This document shows positions 61,160 through 64,000 of a DNA stretch of 64,000 nt, piece after piece. Within the stretch, counting starts at the first letter, position 1. Every line of letters begins with the position of its first letter. Below the pieces are notes generated by a model that saw only the letters and a program-made list of their open reading frames with translations, had not been told where the DNA came from and searched no databases. The stretch is from Spirochaetota bacterium (GTDB lineage: Bacteria > Spirochaetota > UBA4802 > UB4802). Position numbers and translations under genes: made by a program. The stretch is taken from contig JAOAIH010000001.1 of NCBI GenBank assembly GCA_026414805.1, positions 51,335 to 115,334 of the forward strand. Direction: 5' to 3'.

Positions 61160-62080
61160 TTATATCATTAATAATTTGGCAAAAAAAACTTGAGAAAACC
61201 GTGATTGAATCTGTCCAAATACATTTTCAGCTCTGACTTTATCAAAAAATAGTGCAAAAATTGCAGATCCGCTCCCAGTTAACTGAACAAACTCAGGCTG
61301 ATAGTGTTTTAAAGTATTATACACATTTACAAGCTCAGGATAATTGGTAAATATTGTATCTTGAAAGTCGTTTTTAAATACATTCAGCAACGATATTACA
61401 TCTCCATTATACCACAATGACAGAATATCTTCCTTTAAAGAAGGCAATTTGTCCGGTCCTCTTTTAAGTGAAGTATATGCTTCTTTAGTATTACAGTAAA
61501 TTTCATCATATACAATAATTGCATACGCTGGAAGTTTAATAGGATGCAGTGGTGTTACTATCTGGCCAATTCCTTCGCACAATGCAACATTACCGTTTAA
61601 GCAGAAAGGGACATCTGCCCCTATTGTATGAGCTATCGCTGAAAGTTGCTGTATATTAAAGCAATTCAAAGAATTGTTAAGAAGCAACAATGTTGCTGCA
61701 GCATCTGCACTCCCGCCTCCTAACCCTGCCTGTGCGGGAATATTTTTTTGTATGGCGATAGCAACTTGCAATCCAATACCAGCATGGCGACAATACACAT
61801 CAACAGCCCTTGCAATGAGATTTTGCTCATGTGGGATATTTTCAACGACAGATGCGTTGCGTCCACCTACACATTTAAGTGTACATATAACAGAATCAGG
61901 ATTGCACAATGTGCAATGTTCAAGTTGTAAAAGATCAAAAATATCTACTTTTGCCATGATGCTACAGATATTGTGGTAGCCATCAGGCCTTTTATTCAAA
62001 ACTTCAAGATGAAGATTTATTTTTGCGTAGGCTTTTATGCTATCAATCATTACTACCGCTAAATCATAACAGAATGGCAA
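61160..62080 (-). CDS. ispE: 4-diphosphocytidyl-2-C-methyl-D-erythritol kinase
   Basis: AKINLHLEV...RPDGYH and the GHMP-kinase motif PAQAGLGGGSADAAA. Confidence 0.85.
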   Translation of the reverse strand: MPFCYDLAVVMIDSIKAYAKINLHLEVLNKRPDGYHNICSIMAKVDIFDLLQLEHCTLCNPDSVICTLKCVGGRNASVVENIPHEQNLIARAVDVYCRHAGIGLQVAIAIQKNIPAQAGLGGGSADAAATLLLLNNSLNCFNIQQLSAIAHTIGADVPFCLNGNVALCEGIGQIVTPLHPIKLPAYAIIVYDEIYCNTKEAYTSLKRGPDKLPSLKEDILSLWYNGDVISLLNVFKNDFQDTIFTNYPELVNVYNTLKHYQPEFVQLTGSGSAIFALFFDKVRAENVFGQIQSRFSQVFFAKLLMI

Positions 62081-62139
62081 ATCTATATTTTAGCTATTTT
62101 TCTGTCAAGCAATTAATAATTCCAGGATAATTGCCCGCA

Positions 62140-62951
62140 CTAATTATTTTCTAGATAGCTTTTTATGGCCTCTTCAGAAGTAAATCGGGGGCAAAACCCC
62201 AGAACTTTCTTAATTTTTTCTGCATTCATAGATAAGGGATATTGAATATATGTCAATTGACCTGGTCCAAAAGGCAGGAGGTGGAGAGTATACAATGCTG
62301 AAACAATTGGTTTTATAATGCTAGCAGGAATTTGTACCAAGTGTTTCCCGGAAATCTTTGCCATTTCATCATAACGCAATCCTTTGTCTGCAGCAAGATT
62401 AAATGCTCCCCGTACATTTTTTGTTAAAGCTAGATAAAATGCTTCTGCAGCATCATCTTCATGGATAAATTGCATGATTGGGTTACAACCTTTAAATCCT
62501 AGTATAAATGGTTGCTTCAGTGATTTTGCTACTGCGCTATTACAGTGAGGACCCATAATAATGCAGGGACGCATGATAACAACTTTTACTTTGGGGTTTT
62601 CTTTAGCAAACTGCTCAACTTTATGTTCAATTTCAACTTTGTTTATGGCATAGGTAAAACCAGGGGTTGGACGCAATGGTGCTGTTTCATCAAGAAAATC
62701 CGGAGTATAAGATATGCCAAATGCAAAACATCGGTCACTTTGTGGTTAACAAAAATATCAGTAAGTTTTTTGCTATCCCGTATGTCACAATGTTCGAAAA
62801 CAAATGGGGATGGAAGTGGATGTGATGGTGTGATAATATCCGTGCAGATAATTTTATGATAAAATCTGGATTTTTTAAGATGCTCAATAACTCTTGAGCC
62901 AACATACCCAAAAGCTCCAGTGATAATTAGAATTCTTTTTTTATTTTTCAT
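62140..62951 (-). pseudogene. NAD-dependent epimerase/dehydratase-family gene split into two frames (frameshift, possibly with an internal deletion)
   Basis: The N-terminal ORF (62643-62951) has the Rossmann motif ITGAFGYVGS and then degenerates into nonsense after ...DVLHLA. The C-terminal ORF (62140-62676) in another frame carries the catalytic YAINK (YxxxK). The HLA-to-YxxxK spacing (~22 aa) is shorter than the usual ~55 aa. Confidence 0.45.
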
Positions 62952-63173
62952 AGTAGGGTTTCACCAATCATGATTTTTACAGATTGTACTATAGCATTAT
63001 GACTATTATCAATTACTTTTTTTTATTTTTTATTGTGATTTGTTAAATGATGAATACTATTCTGTATATCCAATAGCTATACAGGGTAGTATCATTTACT
63101 ATAATTTATATATTGATATGTGACGGGATACGAAGTATATTAATATAATTAAGTATTTAAGAGGAAACTTAAT

Positions 63174-64000
63174 ATGTTAAAAACAATTGTAGTAAATGTA
63201 AAAAATTCATCCCACCATAAAATAGAAGATATTGTACCTAACATTAATGGTATTATTAATATAGAACAAACAAACAAAAACTACACTATACTGTACGATA
63301 GCTCCGTTACCAATCCATCCCAGATATTAAACCAACTGGAAAAAGCTGGATTGTATGTGGAAAAAGATATGCTGCAGGCTTCTGTTGGTGGTATGAGTTG
63401 CGTAATGTGCTCAAAAGCTGTTACGCACTCAATAGAGACTTTACCAGGCGTTCTGGATGTTACAGTAAATTATGCTACCGGGAAGGCTACTCTTATTGTC
63501 ACTCCAAACACTATCAGCGTAAACGATATTAAAACAAAAGTTGAGGAAGCCGGATATCAGTTTCTTGGGTCCGATACAGTTGATCAGAAGAGTTCAGGCA
63601 TTCGATTGATACAGATAATTACTGGTATGGTAGCAGGCATTGCATATATGGTGATGATGTATTTCCCAACTGATGTTAATTATTGGATTATGGCACTACT
63701 ATCTACACCAGTATTTATTTTTATAAGCTATCATATTTTTATTCACGCATACACTGCACTACGACAAGGGCTTTTAACAATGGATGTTATGTATGCGTTA
63801 GGAATTGGGGTGTCTTTTAGTGCTAGTATATTAGCAACGGTACATGTATTGCCTCATGAGTTTTTTGTTTATGAGACAGCGATATTCCTTGCAACATTTC
63901 TTACTATTGGGAAATATCTTGAGGATAGGGCTAAATCCAAAACGTCTGCGACCATTAAAAAGTTGCTATCGCTCAAACCTGATACTGCTGTCGTAATACG
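63174..64000 (+). CDS. copA: heavy-metal (Cu+-type) translocating P-type ATPase, N-terminal part (partial at window end)
   Basis: GAGGAAA ribosome-binding site, then ATG. An HMA domain with GMSCVMCSKAV (GMxCxxC), preceded by a degenerate HMA without CxxC. The first TM helices follow. Confidence 0.8.
   Translation, partial: MLKTIVVNVKNSSHHKIEDIVPNINGIINIEQTNKNYTILYDSSVTNPSQILNQLEKAGLYVEKDMLQASVGGMSCVMCSKAVTHSIETLPGVLDVTVNYATGKATLIVTPNTISVNDIKTKVEEAGYQFLGSDTVDQKSSGIRLIQIITGMVAGIAYMVMMYFPTDVNYWIMALLSTPVFIFISYHIFIHAYTALRQGLLTMDVMYALGIGVSFSASILATVHVLPHEFFVYETAIFLATFLTIGKYLEDRAKSKTSATIKKLLSLKPDTAVVI

Overview
This window is an AT-rich (by eye roughly one-third G+C, not computed) bacterial chromosomal segment that spans the replication-origin neighbourhood. 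The minus strand carries the canonical block dnaA-dnaN-recF-DUF721-gyrB-gyrA (5769-14600). A perfect DnaA box lies in the AT-rich region upstream of dnaA. gidA/mnmG and gidB/rsmG lie a few kb away on the plus strand and are flanked by two identical parS-like 18-bp palindromes. Housekeeping genes make up most of the rest: hisD, coaE, pyrF, ruvA/ruvC, yebC, pth, rplY/ctc, prs, ispE, a tRNA-Gln, a truncated glmU-like gene and the 5' end of a copA-like P-type ATPase. The accessory content is more interesting. (1) A complete 13-gene Mrp-antiporter-linked group-4 [NiFe] hydrogenase cluster (Mbh-like, 43267-51453) has intact Ni-Fe ligand motifs, and a hypA homologue lies elsewhere in the window. (2) A ThiS/MoaD-like Gly-Gly protein sits convergent with a short TtcA/TtuA-family PP-loop tRNA thiolase. 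(3) A signalling operon macro-pyrF-(REC-GGDEF)-(REC-PP2C)-486-aa-unknown points toward dnaA. (4) A vWA-TM-FHA protein is translationally coupled to a B12-binding radical SAM enzyme. (5) Two amino-methyltransferases have no visible restriction partner; one shares a nested palindromic operator with hypA. (6) A sigma-factor / hairpin / 7TM-PP2C / DHH-DHHA1 cassette follows. (7) A 1879-aa Ca-binding-repeat outer-membrane beta-barrel protein (SprA-like, low confidence) lies next to an M23 peptidase. I found no CRISPR array, rRNA, transposase or integrase. All calls rest on motif recognition by eye; no database search was run.
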